From the NCBI RefSeq assembly GCF_009914755.1, contig NC_060928.1: a stretch of DNA of 64,000 bases; one strand, given 5' to 3'. The notes under the pieces are model-generated. The model had not been told where the DNA came from. It did no database searches and was given only the letters and a program-made list of their open reading frames with translations. The translations under genes and the position numbers were made by a program. Shown here piece after piece: positions 15,336 to 29,064 of this stretch. The stretch's first letter is position 1; each line of letters starts with the position of its first letter. The DNA comes from the human T2T-CHM13v2.0 reference genome, Homo sapiens.

Positions 15336-17113
15336 TCTTTTTCCTCTTCATCCATATATATATGTGTATATGTGTGTGTGTGTGTCTTTATTTATTTATT
15401 TGATACATGTGCAGGATGTGCAGGTTTGTTACATAGGTTAATATGTGCCATGGTGGTTTGCTGCACCTGTGAACCCATCACCTAGGTATTAAGCCCCATG
15501 TGTATTAGCTATTTATCCTGATACTCTCCCTCTCCCAGCCCCTTCCGACAGGCCCCAGTGTGTGTTGTTCTCCTCCTCCTAGTGTCCATGTGTTCTCATT
15601 GTTCAGCTCTCACTTATCAGTGAGAACATGTGGTGTTTGGAGGATAATGGCTTCCAGCTCCATCCATGTCCCGGAAAGGACATGATCTCTTTCTTCTTAT
15701 GACTGCATAGTATTCTATGGTGTATATGTACCACATTTTCTTTGTCTGGTCTATCATTGATGGGCATTTGGGTTAATTCCATGTCTTTGCTATTGTGAAT
15801 AAGAATAGCAATGAATATATGTGTACATGTAGCTTTATAATAGAGTGATTTATATTCCTTTGGGTATATACCCAGTAATCTGATTGCTGGGTTAAATGGT
15901 ATTTCTGGCTCTAGATCCTTGAGGAATTACCATACTGTCTTCCACAATGGTTGAACTAATTTACATTCCCGTCAACAATGTAAAAGCATTCTTATTTCTC
16001 CACAGCCTTGCCAGCATCTATTGTTTTCTGACTTTTTAATAATCGCCATTCTGACTGGCATGAGATTGTATCTCATTGTGGTTTTGATTTGCATTTCTCT
16101 GATGATCAGTGATATTGAGCCTTTTTCATATGTTTTTTGGCCACGTAAATATATTCTTTTGAGAAGTGTCTGTTCACATCGTTTTCCCAGTTTTTGATGG
16201 GGTTGTCTTTTTCTTGTAAATATGTTTAAGTTCCATGTAATTTCTGGATATTAGACATTTGTCAGATGGATAAATTGCAAAAATTTTCTCCCATTCTGTA
16301 GGTTGCCTGTTTACTCTGATGACAGTTTCTTTTGCTGTGCAGAAGCTCCTTAGTTTAATTAGACCCCATTTGTCCATTTTGGCTTTTCTTGCAATTGATT
16401 TTGCCATTTTTGTCATGAAGTCTTCACCCATGCCTATGTTCTGAATGGTGTTGCCTAGGTTTTCTTCTAGGGTTTTTATGGTTCTGGGTTTTACATTTAA
16501 GTCTTTAGTCCATCTTGAATTAATTTTTGTATAAAGTGTAAGGAAGGGGTCCAGTTTCAGTTTTCTATATACAGCTAGTGGTTTTCCCAGCACGATTTAC
16601 TGAATAGGAGATCCTTTCTCCATTGCATGTATTTGTCAGGTTTGTTGAATATCAGATGGTTATAAATATGTGGTCTTATTTCTAAGACCTCTATTCTGTT
16701 CTATTGGTCTGGTGTCTGTTTTTGTACCTGTATCATGTTGTTTTGGTTACTGTAGCCTTCTGGTATAGTTCAAAGTCAGCATGATGCCTCTACTTTTGTT
16801 CTTTGTTTGCTTAGGATTGTCTTGGCTATACGGGCTCTTTTTTGCTTCCACATGAATTTTAAAGTAGCTTTTTTTTTAATTCTGTGAAGAATATCAATGG
16901 TAGTTTAATGGGAATAGCATAGAATCTGTAAATTACTTTGTGCAGTATGGCCATTTTCACAATATTTGTTCTTTCTATTAATGAGCATGGAATGTTTTTC
17001 CATTTATTTTTGTCCTCTCTGATTTTCTTGAGCAATGGTTTGTAGTTCTCCAGAAAGAGGGCTTTCACTTCCCTTGTTAGCTACATTCCTAGGCATTTTA
17101 TTCTCTTTGTAAC
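15336..17113 (-). mobile_element. 5'-truncated L1PA (about L1PA8-10)
   Basis: ORF2 C-terminal fragments and an older-type 3'UTR. TSD aacaatgcctaattttct (15318-15335) / aacaatgcccaattttct (17114-17131). Confidence 0.93.
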
Positions 17114-17515
17114 AACAATGCCCAATTTTCTAAAAATAGGTTTTTTAGGAGAGATCAACTCATAACACAAACAGCAAGTTTATCTCCTTAAAATTAAAAA
17201 TAACAATAAAGTTAGTGTGTACTATTTGAGGAGTCAAGAATACATTTTGCTTCTAGATTGGTGTCTGAAATGACATTAATTAAAATAGCTGAATAATCAT
17301 GGCTTAAATATTCATTAGGCCTGGTAATAACTCTCCCGGTAATTTTTCTGACAAAGAAATTCATAGAAAATACCACTATCTTATCAAATTATAATGATCA
17401 TCTTACAAATAAATATAGTTTGGGAGTAATGACAGGTGACTGAAATAGGAAAGATATTTAGTAAGGAGGGAGCAGTTTCTGGGCATCTGGGGGATGGTTT
17501 AAATAACTTGGGAAG

Positions 17516-18249
<734 letters not shown>

Positions 18250-18929
18250 CTGGATAAAGCAAAGATGGAGGCTTAAGATGGTATGAAATATTATAGTTAT
18301 GATTGAATACTTATGTCAGGAGTGCAGGAGTGAATACACACTACAATTTAATACTTGCTCGTATCTTAGTTCACCACTTATTTTAAGAAGTTCTGATGAT
18401 TTAGGAAGTTGTGATTTTGCTTCTTTTCATGGCTATTTGATCCCAATTGAACCCATCACTGACAATTACCTTATGTAATAGTGCTTAAAAGTGCTTATTT
18501 TTCTGCTGGATTGCCACTTTTATTTTTTAGCAAATGATTTGCAATTATCAGTAATATATGCCAACTGACTTAATATGTGATTTCTCATATTTGATATTCC
18601 TTTATTGTTCCTTCTGGCAGTAAGAGAACAATTTTATATATCATAACAATTTTAGCTTACATATACTGCTGCCCACTACCATGGGAAGAAGATTATGTCT
18701 AGAACACCAGAGGATGCAAAAATAAGTAAACAGTAGTTTTAAAACTTTTAAACACCTACAGAACTCTTTTTTTTTCTAATGACATATTACGTGGAATTCT
18801 ATAGACCAGTATATGAAGCAGATAACAATGGAACCATTTTGTTGGTGGAGTTGGGGGGCTTCAGATCTCACTTCTCACATCCCGCTCCTGGCAACTTCGC
18901 CCTGCAAGTGGATTCATGTCTCATCAGGA

Positions 18930-19330
18930 AATATACAAGAATGTAGGGGATAAACAAAAATGCAGTAGAAGCCAGACTGAAATAAATGACAAGGATTATT
19001 CACAAAGTAGAGTGGAAGTTCAAGAAACAGAAATTCTAATAAGCTCCTGGAATTGGTTGGAGTCCTAAGTTGAAAGACAAATACAATTTTTGAAGAGTTG
19101 AAATCATGAGGAAGCATCAGGTAGAGAATAAAGAGGTAAGTAAAGGCAAAGAAACAAAGGACAAGGTGTGTTTGTGGGACAGCATACTTGGACAATTGTT
19201 TTGGCTAAATGTAAGAGAGGATTGAGAAATATGGGCAAGAGATAAATTGGGGAATTCTAGGGAAATCCTTGAATACCAAGATAGAAAACTAAAGTTTTTA
19301 CTTCATTTGGTCATGGGAAACTTGCACTGA
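18930..19330 (-). mobile_element. L2 fragment
   Basis: Purine-rich aggtagagaataaagagg...aaaggcaaagaaac...ccttgaataccaag, typical of antisense L2. Confidence 0.45.
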
Positions 19331-20124
19331 GCATGGGAGTCAATAATTAGAAGCAAGTTAAATTCAAAAAGTCGAACCCCATTCATAAAACCAGCTGATA
19401 GTCTGAAAATATGCTTTGAGCTAAGCAAAGAATACATGTTGACAAATCGTAACTACTTTAACTTCCTTTTTCTTGTACAATTGTGCATCCTGGCTTGTGA
19501 CAATGCATACCTTCAGTCGTGTCCCCTCACCTCAAAGACTCCTCTGTTACAAACCCACTCTGCTCTTTTCTATAATAGTACATATGGGATTTTCCTACTC
19601 CTAGGAGGACCTTGAACTTGATTTAAACATAGCAAAGCACATTAAATATAAAGCCTGTGTATATAACATCCTTGAAAATTGTTGCATTTTGTGAATTCCC
19701 ACAAGAAGCTTGATGTGACACATGTGAGACTGGACTTTATATGGCTTCACATGTCAAAGGAAATCATGACTTATTCTACACATTCTGGCAGTGTTTGCTA
19801 TGAGAGTTTAGTAGATTCTACTCTTACCCCCAATGCTGTATTGTTTTCAGTAATAACTGTTTTCTTAAATTGGGTCTTACATTGATTATTCTACCACAGT
19901 TCTTACAGTTATTATTGCTGTGCCATTTGTATAGATTTACTTTTTAGAATACTGGAAACATGCATGGAACATTTATTCATTTTCTGGGGGAAAACCAGTA
20001 TAGGGCCTGACTGGCCCCATCTCTGTAAGTGGCACCATCATTTGCCCAGTTTCTTAGGCAAGAAACCAGGGATTCATTATTGATGCTCCCCCCACCATTC
20101 ACTTCAGTTAGATTGAAAAATAAG

Positions 20125-20240
20125 GTGACAATTATCTATTCCTCCCCATCTCCACACCCTTAGGAATGTGACTTTGCAGTTCTTTTCATCAACAGGCAGA
20201 TCTGTGTCCCCTCCCCTTCAATTTGGGTGGGCCTTGTGAC
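20125..20240 (+). mobile_element. MLT1 LTR 5' fragment
   Basis: aatgtgactttgcagttcttttcatcaa...ggccttgtgac. Confidence 0.55.
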
Positions 20241-20404
20241 ATTTTATATATATATAATAAATATATAAATTAAAAAATATACATTTGTTCTAAATATTTA
20301 TACATGAAATTTACAGGGTTTATTCTAGTATCAGTATAGTAGCTCTATTTGTAAATCTATAATTTCAAGGTTTTCCCAGCTATTATCTTTATCCCAACAA
20401 ATCC

Positions 20405-21100
20405 TTTTTAAACATAACTTTATTAAGATATAATTCATATGCCATAAAAGTTAACCATTTAAGGTATGCAATTAAATGGTTTTTAGTATATTCACAAAGC
20501 TGTGCAACCATCATCACAATGATTTTAGAACATTTGTTTTTATCTGCCTCAAAAGAAACCCTTTACTCACTAGTAATCACTCCCAATAGCCCTCCACCCC
20601 TTTGACCCTAGGTAACCCCTGATCTATTTCCTGCTTCTATAGATTTGACTATTATGGACATTTCATATAAATGGAGTCATGTGATATTTGGCCTTTTATG
20701 ACTGGTGTCTTATCCTTAGCATAATGTTTTATAGGTTCATCCATGTGGTAACATGTATCAGTATTTCATTATTTTTATTGCCAAGTAATATTCCATTGTA
20801 TGCATATACCACATTTTACCTTTTCATTTATCAGCCAATGGACATTAGGTTATTTCCATTTTTGGTTATTATGATGAATGTTTCTATGAACATTCATGTT
20901 CAAACTTTTGTGTAGACATACGCATTCAATCCCTTTGGTATGTACCTGGGAATGGAATTTCTGGGTCATATAGTAACTCTATGTCTAGGATTTTGAAAAA
21001 CTGCCAAATTGTTTTCCAAGGCAGCCTCACCATTTTCTTTTTCTACCAGCAGAGCATAAGGGTTATGATTTCTCCACATCCTCAATGATGCTTATTGTGG
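20405..21100 (-). mobile_element. L1MB-type 3' end
   Basis: ctttattaagatataattcatatgccataaaa...ggacatttcatataaatggagtcat. Confidence 0.85.
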
Positions 21101-22361
21101 TTTACCAACATGTGTATTTCATATTTCCATGAAACTGATGTCTATTTGTCTTCAATTTCTCATCAATTCAGTTCATTTCCCACAAAGCTTTCATAGTAAT
21201 ATTTCTAAAACATTTCAGCAGGCAACTCTCTTGGAAATATATAATTTATTCTTATTTCCTATGGTGTCAAACACAAATTCTAAACTTACATTTCAAAGTC
21301 TTCAATAATTTAGCACCATCTTTCCTTTTCTTCCTTTATTTTTGTTCTAGTCCGGCCCAGATTTCCACCTCCTTACTTCTCCTGACCTGGAAATGTCCCA
21401 CTATTTTTATTAACTTTGTTCATTCCAGTTTCTTCACACTTTTGAAACAGTCCTTGAGCTGCCAATCAAAATTAAAATTGAGATGCTTTTGTTCTGGGAA
21501 TTTTTCTCTAATTCACTTCAGCATGTATTGAACTATTCTTTCGATGAATGTCTTTCACATTTGTATTTAACATCAAATGTATTAGTTTCCTCTCCCTAAC
21601 TAGATTGGAAACTTCTGTAAAGTTAGAATTGTGTTTTACATATTTTTGTGACACACCATCCCACCCGTGATTCATAGGGTGCTTAATGGATATTTTGAAA
21701 CACTTGTGAATGGAACAAGATGGAGCTGCTACTATTAGCTAATTTGCAACATGTCTGAGACTTGCCCCCATCTTTCCAAAACTGGAATAATTTCCACAGG
21801 ACTGTTTTAAAAAAAATCAAACATTTTTTATAATTTAAATTATCCAACATACTATTTACTGCAAACTGCTTTTCTGAGGAAGAATGCATTGATTTATTTT
21901 CACAGTTTTCATCTCTTTTATATTCATTAAAACTAAAGGTGATTGGTATTATGGAAAGAAAATCTCTTTCAGTTTAATCGTGGATTCTGAGCATAAAGTT
22001 GTTCAAATGCTGGAAAACTGATCTGGCACAATTTCTTATCTGTAGCAAAATACCATGATCTCTTTATTGTGGTTTTTACTTAATATTTTAGTATGGATTA
22101 AAGTCTAAGGAAATATGATAGGGGGTGTTGAAGTTATAATAAGTGATGCCATGATATAAAGAAAGGCAAAGGATTAGAATCCAGAGAACTAAACATCAGA
22201 CATGATGTATATTATAAAATATCTTATGGAAAGGAGTCAGTGCTAGGGATTCTAGATTTATCAAATGATTTATTGCTTTATACGTTTTAAAATTTATGAC
22301 CATAACATTACCAACTTTTCAATTATTTAAAACTTCAGCATTTTAGAATTCAAGGCATCTG

Positions 22362-22823
22362 CAAGTTAGTTAAGGGAAGGCTCAGCTGATATAACAAATA
22401 AAACAAGTTTAGTGGCTTAGAGAAAATAAACATTTTTTGCATCTTACAGTCTGAGGTGAGCATTATAGGTTGGCATACAGCTATGCTCCAGCCAATCCTT
22501 TAGAGAACTGGCTTATTTCTAGTTTGTTTCTGGGTGAAACCCTAAGCCATTGTCCTCAACAGCTTCCCTGTTCAGGTACTTTCTTTCAGCTTGTGAAGTG
22601 AGCCTGGATACAGGGTCTCCGTGCAAGGTTTTACAGGCTAGGCCAGAAGTAATTACGTGTCACTTCTGCTGACATTTCATTAGTAAGAACTCAATCACTA
22701 AGCTGCACCTGTCTACAAGGGGCACTGGGAAATAAAGTCCTCGTTAGGCAGTCATGTCAGCTATAGCTGCCTTACTGTGTCAGAAAAAAAGACAGATTTG
22801 GGGCAACTAGCGGTGTCTTCCAC
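22362..22823 (-). mobile_element. Old MLT1 (J/K-like) LTR
   Basis: cacttctgctgacatttcattag...caaggggcactgggaaat...tcttccaca. Confidence 0.6.
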
Positions 22824-22877
22824 AGTCAACCAGACCAAAACTGCAGATTACTGATGATAAAACTGAGACTAGAGAGA

Positions 22878-23193
22878 CTATTACTTGCCACCTATATAGC
22901 CTCAGATATGTAAATCCTACCACATACCACCTTTGTGGTCTTGAACATATAACTCTGTCACTTTCCACCTGTTCCACAGTAGAGAAAATAACCTTTACCT
23001 TTATTTCAACTTGAATAACTAACTTCTTAGCGTCTATGTGACCTTGGGCACAAAACCTCTACCAGTTAATACCTTTGTGACCTTGGACATGTAATTGCTA
23101 CCACTTGCCATCTGTCTGACCTTGAACACTTAACTTTCACCACTTATTACTTATGTCACCTTGAACACCTACCTTATACCACTTACCACCTAT
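22878..23193 (+). repeat. Degenerate 39-bp tandem array (about 8-9 units) derived from the MIR core
   Basis: Units start at 22878, 22917, 22955, (partial 22995 and 23026), 23059, 23098, 23137 and 23176; approximate consensus CTACCACTTACCACCTNTGTGACCTTGAACANNTAACYT. MIR 3' tail follows (ctacttcataaggttgt...ctcaataaatgtaagctgct). Confidence 0.8.
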
Positions 23194-24299
23194 TTTTCTT
23201 ATCTCTACTTCATAAGGTTGTATTAGTCAACATAATTGATATAAAGACTAGGACAATGATGAACACATCTTTCTCAATAAATGTAAGCTGCTGTTGCTAT
23301 TACTATTATTACTCCTCATGTTACTGTTACTTTTGCTACCTAGTTAACAGAAAACTACATAAACATTATAATTAATCTTTTATTAATCACATAGAAGAAT
23401 GTTTTAGGGCCTCCAGGTTACTAATATGAATCTTAGTTATTGCTAAGCTTTTAGACATGCTCTTGAATAAAAGGTTGTAATCAATATAATGTCACCCAAA
23501 TCAACATTTAATATATACACTTCAATATTATGTAGTAGCTATAGCTTCAGACTAAAAGGAATAGTAACATATTTATGTATTCTGGTGATGTTTGTCAGTT
23601 ATGTAATCCTGTGACTTGTTTATTGAATGTTGCTCCTGTGGGGGAAATAAAAACATCAAAAGTGGGATAATTTATTGTGAATATATTCTCAGAGTTAAAT
23701 CAACTGTTAGTGTATTTTATCCACTGTTTTGTTATGTTAACATCCCAGAGAACCTAAATGATCTTAATGATTATTTACTCAATAAATAAACTATTTAGTT
23801 GGAAACAGAAGTCTAGAAACTAAAAACTCCAAGTAGTAGATTTCCACAGTTTTCTAAAATGAAATTACATCAATTTGTAAATAGGTCTTTACATGCAAAT
23901 TTCCTGTCCCTTTCTTCATGCAGCAAAATAACTTGGACAGATGGAGTTCTCATGAACTAAACAGAGTAAACAGATTACTGTCAAAGTCAGGATTAGTTTT
24001 TCTATATCTTACAGACATCACACAAAAAATTTTAAACAGCTTCCATTTATGCTCTAGCTTGCTTTCTGTTTTCTCTAAATCAGTCACAAGTTCACACTTA
24101 TGTTATTAATATTTTCCTTTAGAAGCATGTTGATACTTGTTACCTTAAATGAGAGCTCATCTTATTGGCTCCATAGACAATATGATTTTCAAATAGAGCA
24201 TCTAGCTGTAAATGTCCACGTTTTGATGTATATTTTAAATCCTAGCAATAATTCAAAGTAATTTCCACCAGATCCAGAAGATGATTGATATTTGTAAAT

Positions 24300-24337
24300 T
24301 ATGCACGTACATGCACGCATGCACACACACATGCACA
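24300..24337. repeat. Alternating purine-pyrimidine tract
   Basis: tatgcacgtacatgcacgcatgcacacacacatgcaca, unbroken RY alternation. Confidence 0.85.
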
Positions 24338-25251
24338 AGGATTTAGTGCTTTTGATTCATCACATATGTGATAAATAACTCTATTTATTCTGTTGAAAGT
24401 GGACCTGAAAAGAAGATGAACAGGAAATAATGAGAAAGTAAAGAAGTCTCACAAAATGACTGCTTATGAAATAGAAGCACAGGCTGCGTTGAAACCAAGC
24501 AGTTAAATTCCCTATGGCATAACTGTATGTCATATGCAAGATCACTATGTATTTTACCTTAAAATGTGAAAATATAGGTCATGAAATTATTTCAGTGAGT
24601 ACTCTAGGGAGAATTAATTTTTATAGCTCTATAAGTGCAAAAATTTAGAGCTGTTTTATGAAATCGATAAGGGTGTGAAGAACTTTTTTTTCCATTTAGT
24701 TATGGCATTTTATGAAGGAAATTATATGCTATAATAATGTTTAAGAATTTGGAGAATCTTCACAGCTTCAGCATATGCCTCCTGGAATGGCAATATTTAT
24801 TTAGCAAAGAGATAATCATTGCCTACTGGTCTCTCACTCACTTAATACATATGAGTCAATCTGCAAGCTTGGATATACGGATTGTGTTCTGGATTTTACC
24901 GGAGTAGCACCAACATAAAAATGTAGCTTAAGGTCAGTTATTTCTGAATATGTTAGTTTATATTCATGGTTATAGCTTTTTAAATCAATTTCCAAATTAA
25001 TTTTTGAATATAGTAAAAAAAAATGGCACTACAAGTAAAAGTAAACAATAGTATTCAATTACACAATAAGAAATAACTTGCCATCTCTCTTTTAGAGATA
25101 TTCCATAGGAATACATGAGAGTCATTTTCTTTTTTTTAATGTTTGTTAGGGTATGTTTACTGGACACTAATATCCTACAATCAGTCAAAACTGTCCTGAC
25201 CAGCATCTCATTTTATTTCAATTCTTTACAGTGTGCGGATACTAACAAGTT

Positions 25252-25270
25252 TTGCCACTGGGGGTCACTA
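25252..25270 (+). promoter_or_regulatory. Candidate CTCF motif
   Basis: ttgccactgggggtcacta versus consensus tggccaccagggggcgcta, in apparently unique sequence. Confidence 0.35.
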
Positions 25271-25589
25271 TTTACCTATTTTTTTTAAAAAAACCAATCA
25301 CTTAAAAGCGAAGTGATGTAACTGGATAATTTGTGGTTCGTGGTGTACAGTTTAAAGAAATATTGCTGCAGGAAAAGTCTAAATTTAGATAGATGTTCCT
25401 AGAGACTAAAATACCATCCTTGGTAAATTAAGTGATTCCGTAGAGCTACTGATTTTTCTCGAGATTTTATTCAGAGATAACTAAATAGTGATTATGTCCA
25501 AAATAACCATGTATGTATTTTAGGATGCTTTGCCAATTTGAGGAAGTTTATAGGCTGGATGCTTTCCAGGGCCCCAGGGAATCATGGAG

Positions 25590-25780
25590 GAGACAGTATG
25601 CAGTGAAATAGATGGAACAGGGTCGTTGACTCAGGAAGGAGAGCTAGGTTCCGATCTGACTCTATCATTCACTGTCCGGGGACATGATCTAGTCCCTTAC
25701 TCTCCAGTTTTCCCCTTTGTAAAATGAAGGTGGCAGGTTTCATGATTTCAGTAGTCCCTTGTCATCCTATCTTTCTAAGA
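25590..25780 (+). mobile_element. MIR (old)
   Basis: ctaggttccgatctgactctatc...cagttttcccctttgtaaaatgaagg. Confidence 0.5.
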
Positions 25781-27334
25781 GTACCTTTCATTAACTGTTA
25801 GATTGTAAAGTTTTTGGATGAAAGGGAATGAAAATGTTTTTACTCTTTTATAGCCATAATAGACAAATAGTAAGACAGCAACAACGGAAGTATTTTTTTG
25901 GTTACGTAAAATATTTTATGACAGCATAATCAAATGACTATTACTACAAGGTGTTCTTTTGTAGTGAGTGACGTAAGACACAAGGGGGAATCAATACCCT
26001 GGAAAGTTCTTACAACATTTTAGAACAAGTTAATGTGTTTTTGATCACTTCTGCTTAATAAGTTATTATTGGACTGGTGCCTTTCCCTGACTTATCTGGT
26101 TCTGATTGATCCGTAGGAATAATGATTCCAGGCCTAGGAGCTGCTGGATTCTCTTCCTTTAACTTTTGGCCACGAAAGATTCACTCCCAGATGAATGCTT
26201 ACCCTCCATTTTCTAGCCTGGTGCTATTTCATTCTCTAGCACTAGTTCTAAGCCAGGTGTCCCTGATCTTGTGCCTCAGATCTGCCAGTGATAAACAATA
26301 TTTGTCTGTGGTGCCAGGGAGTAAAACTCAAGCAAAAAGCCACAGTTTTCATAGCTTAAGTGGTTAGAGTTAGAGTTCAGGACTGCCAGCCAGCTGGAAA
26401 TTGAATAGGAAAATACTTGAAAAAGAGGAACGACCCAAAATCTGCATATAAACTTCTCTCACATCGTTGGATAAACCAGAACTGTGCATGCACAGTGGAG
26501 ATTCCAAGGAATATAGAAAGAAAACCTGCCTGTAGGCTGAAAATGCTAAGCAAAGATTTGAATTTCTGCCCAGCACAAGGATCATGGGAATTGACACTTA
26601 AATATTTCCAAATGAGATTTGCTTTTAATTGAAACCCCAGAAGGGCTATGACTTAGGAATAATGATTATTTCCTCAGGACTAGGCTAAACTGAAACAAAT
26701 CCTCCCCAAGAAATTATAAAATCAAGCCCACACAAGTTGAAGATACATAGTAATTTAGTTATTTACTAACCACAAATCAGCACTCTTTAGAGGAAGATTC
26801 TAGAATCCGGAGTCTAGTTTTTACAATCCATAATGCATAGCATAAAACTAAAAGTTACTACACATGGGGGAAAAAAAAAACAGGAAAATGTGGCTGATTT
26901 TTAAAAGTAAAAGTACATAATTGAAACATTCTTGGAGATGATAGAATTGGAAGACAAAGATTTAAAATTCAGCTACTATAGGCATGTTCAAGGATGTAAA
27001 GGAAATGATGCTGAAGAGATGAAGAATCTGAGCAGAGAAATGGATGTTATAAGAAAGAAAAAAATAAGAATTCTATTTAAAAGTATATTACTTGAAATGT
27101 AATATTACTTGAAAATTTACTGGTGAGGTTTAATAGCAGAGAGAAGATGGCAGAAGAAAAGATTGGTCAGTGAATTTGAGGACAAATTAATAGAAATCAT
27201 ATAATCTGAAGAATAGAGAGAAAAATAATTTAAAAAATGAATGGAACCTCAGTGCATTGTAGGATAATATCATACTAATGTGTGTGTAACTGGAATATAC
27301 AAAGAATAAGCACAAGATATGAATAAGAACATTA

Positions 27335-27677
<343 letters not shown>

Positions 27678-28540
27678 AGAAATGATGGCTAAGTTTCTCC
27701 AGATTTGGTGAATAAACACCAACCTAGAGAAACATATACCTTAAGCATCAAAAAAATAATATATACACATAACACTAGGAACATCATAGTCAAATGACTG
27801 AAAACCAAAAGTAAAGAAAGAAACCTTGGAAGCAGTTGGGAGTAGGGGTTAGATAAAGTTTGTAAGTGTGAAAAATAATACAAAATGCACCATCTTCTCA
27901 TGAGAAACAAAGGTGGGTAGACAATGACATTATAACTTTGGTACTCAGAGGGAAAAAAAGGGTCAATCTAATATTTTATATGTAGCATTCTATATAAAAA
28001 ATAAAAGCCAGATAGACATTCACAGATATGTAACAGCTGAAATAATTCAAGATGATCTGGAGTACAAGGAAGGTAGAATAAATTATTCAGGATGAAAGGA
28101 AATAACATTAAATATAAACTTGGATTTACAGGCAACAATAAAGAGCTCCAAAAATGGTAAAATGAGAGTAAATATAAAAGACTATTTTTCCCTGAATTTC
28201 TTAAAAGTTATTTGCTATATTATATGTTTGGATTTTGGGGCTTGTAGTATGTAGGTGTAAAGCATAAAATAAAAGACAACAATAGCAAAAAGAACATGAG
28301 GGGAGGGTAAATGGAAGGATATTCTGGCAAAGTTCTTAACATTTTATGTAATGTGGTATAAGATTAAATGTAAGTAGACTGTTATAAGAATTAATTTTGT
28401 AATCTCTGGTGTATAAAATGTTAGATCTAAACATTTAAAAATGTTACCTCTAAACTCCACTGTATTATTACATTTTACAAAGATAAACTAGACACTCAGT
28501 AAAAAGCAGAGATTATACTACTAGATTTTAAAAGTTCTGA

Positions 28541-28618
28541 AAATATGCTATTTATAACAACACCTAAATATGCTATTTATAACAAACACCTAAAATATGC
28601 TATTGAGAACAAACAACT
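28541..28618. repeat. Three tandem copies of a 25-27 bp unit
   Basis: aaatatgctatttataacaa(a)cacct twice, plus a diverged third copy. Confidence 0.9.
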
Positions 28619-29028
28619 CAGTTGCTGAAACCCAGACAAATTGAAAGAAAATCAATAGAAAAATATATGTCATGCAAATAGTAACCATCAAAGAGCTGAT
28701 GTGATTATACTAATATCAGATAAGATGTATTTCAAGACAAATAGGATTATCTGAGAGAAAGAGGGCCATTTTATCATTTCATAATGATAAAAGGGTCAAT
28801 GAATCAAGAAGACATAACAATTCTAACTATATATGCCCCTAATAGTTGAGCTTGAAAACACATACATAAAAAAATAAACAGAGCTAATGGGAGAAACTGA
28901 CATATGAACATAGCTGGAAAATTTGACACTGCTCTATGAGTAATTGATAGAACAATTAGATATAAATCAGTAAAAATATACACAATTTTAGCCTTGACCT
29001 AATTAATAATATTTAGAGGACTTTGTCT

Positions 29029-29064
29029 ATCACTTCTCAGACTTTTGGCTAAGATCAATTGTAG
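29029..29064 (+). pseudogene. U2 snRNA 5' fragment (nt 1-36), tailless retropseudogene
   Basis: atcacttctcagacttttggctaagatcaattgtag versus U2 ATCGCTTCTCGGCCTTTTGGCTAAGATCAAGTGTAG: 32/36, two of the mismatches at CpG. Degenerate TSD 29014-29028 / 29062-29076. Confidence 0.88.

Noticed and set aside
22878-23193. CRISPR-like reading of the periodic array
   Set aside because: Primate DNA with no cas genes. Whole units are homologous, with no repeat/unique-spacer alternation, and they derive from MIR.
29029-29064. Functional U2 snRNA gene
   Set aside because: Only 36 nt; lacks most of the branch-point pairing region, the Sm site and the 3' stems, and I see no snRNA promoter.
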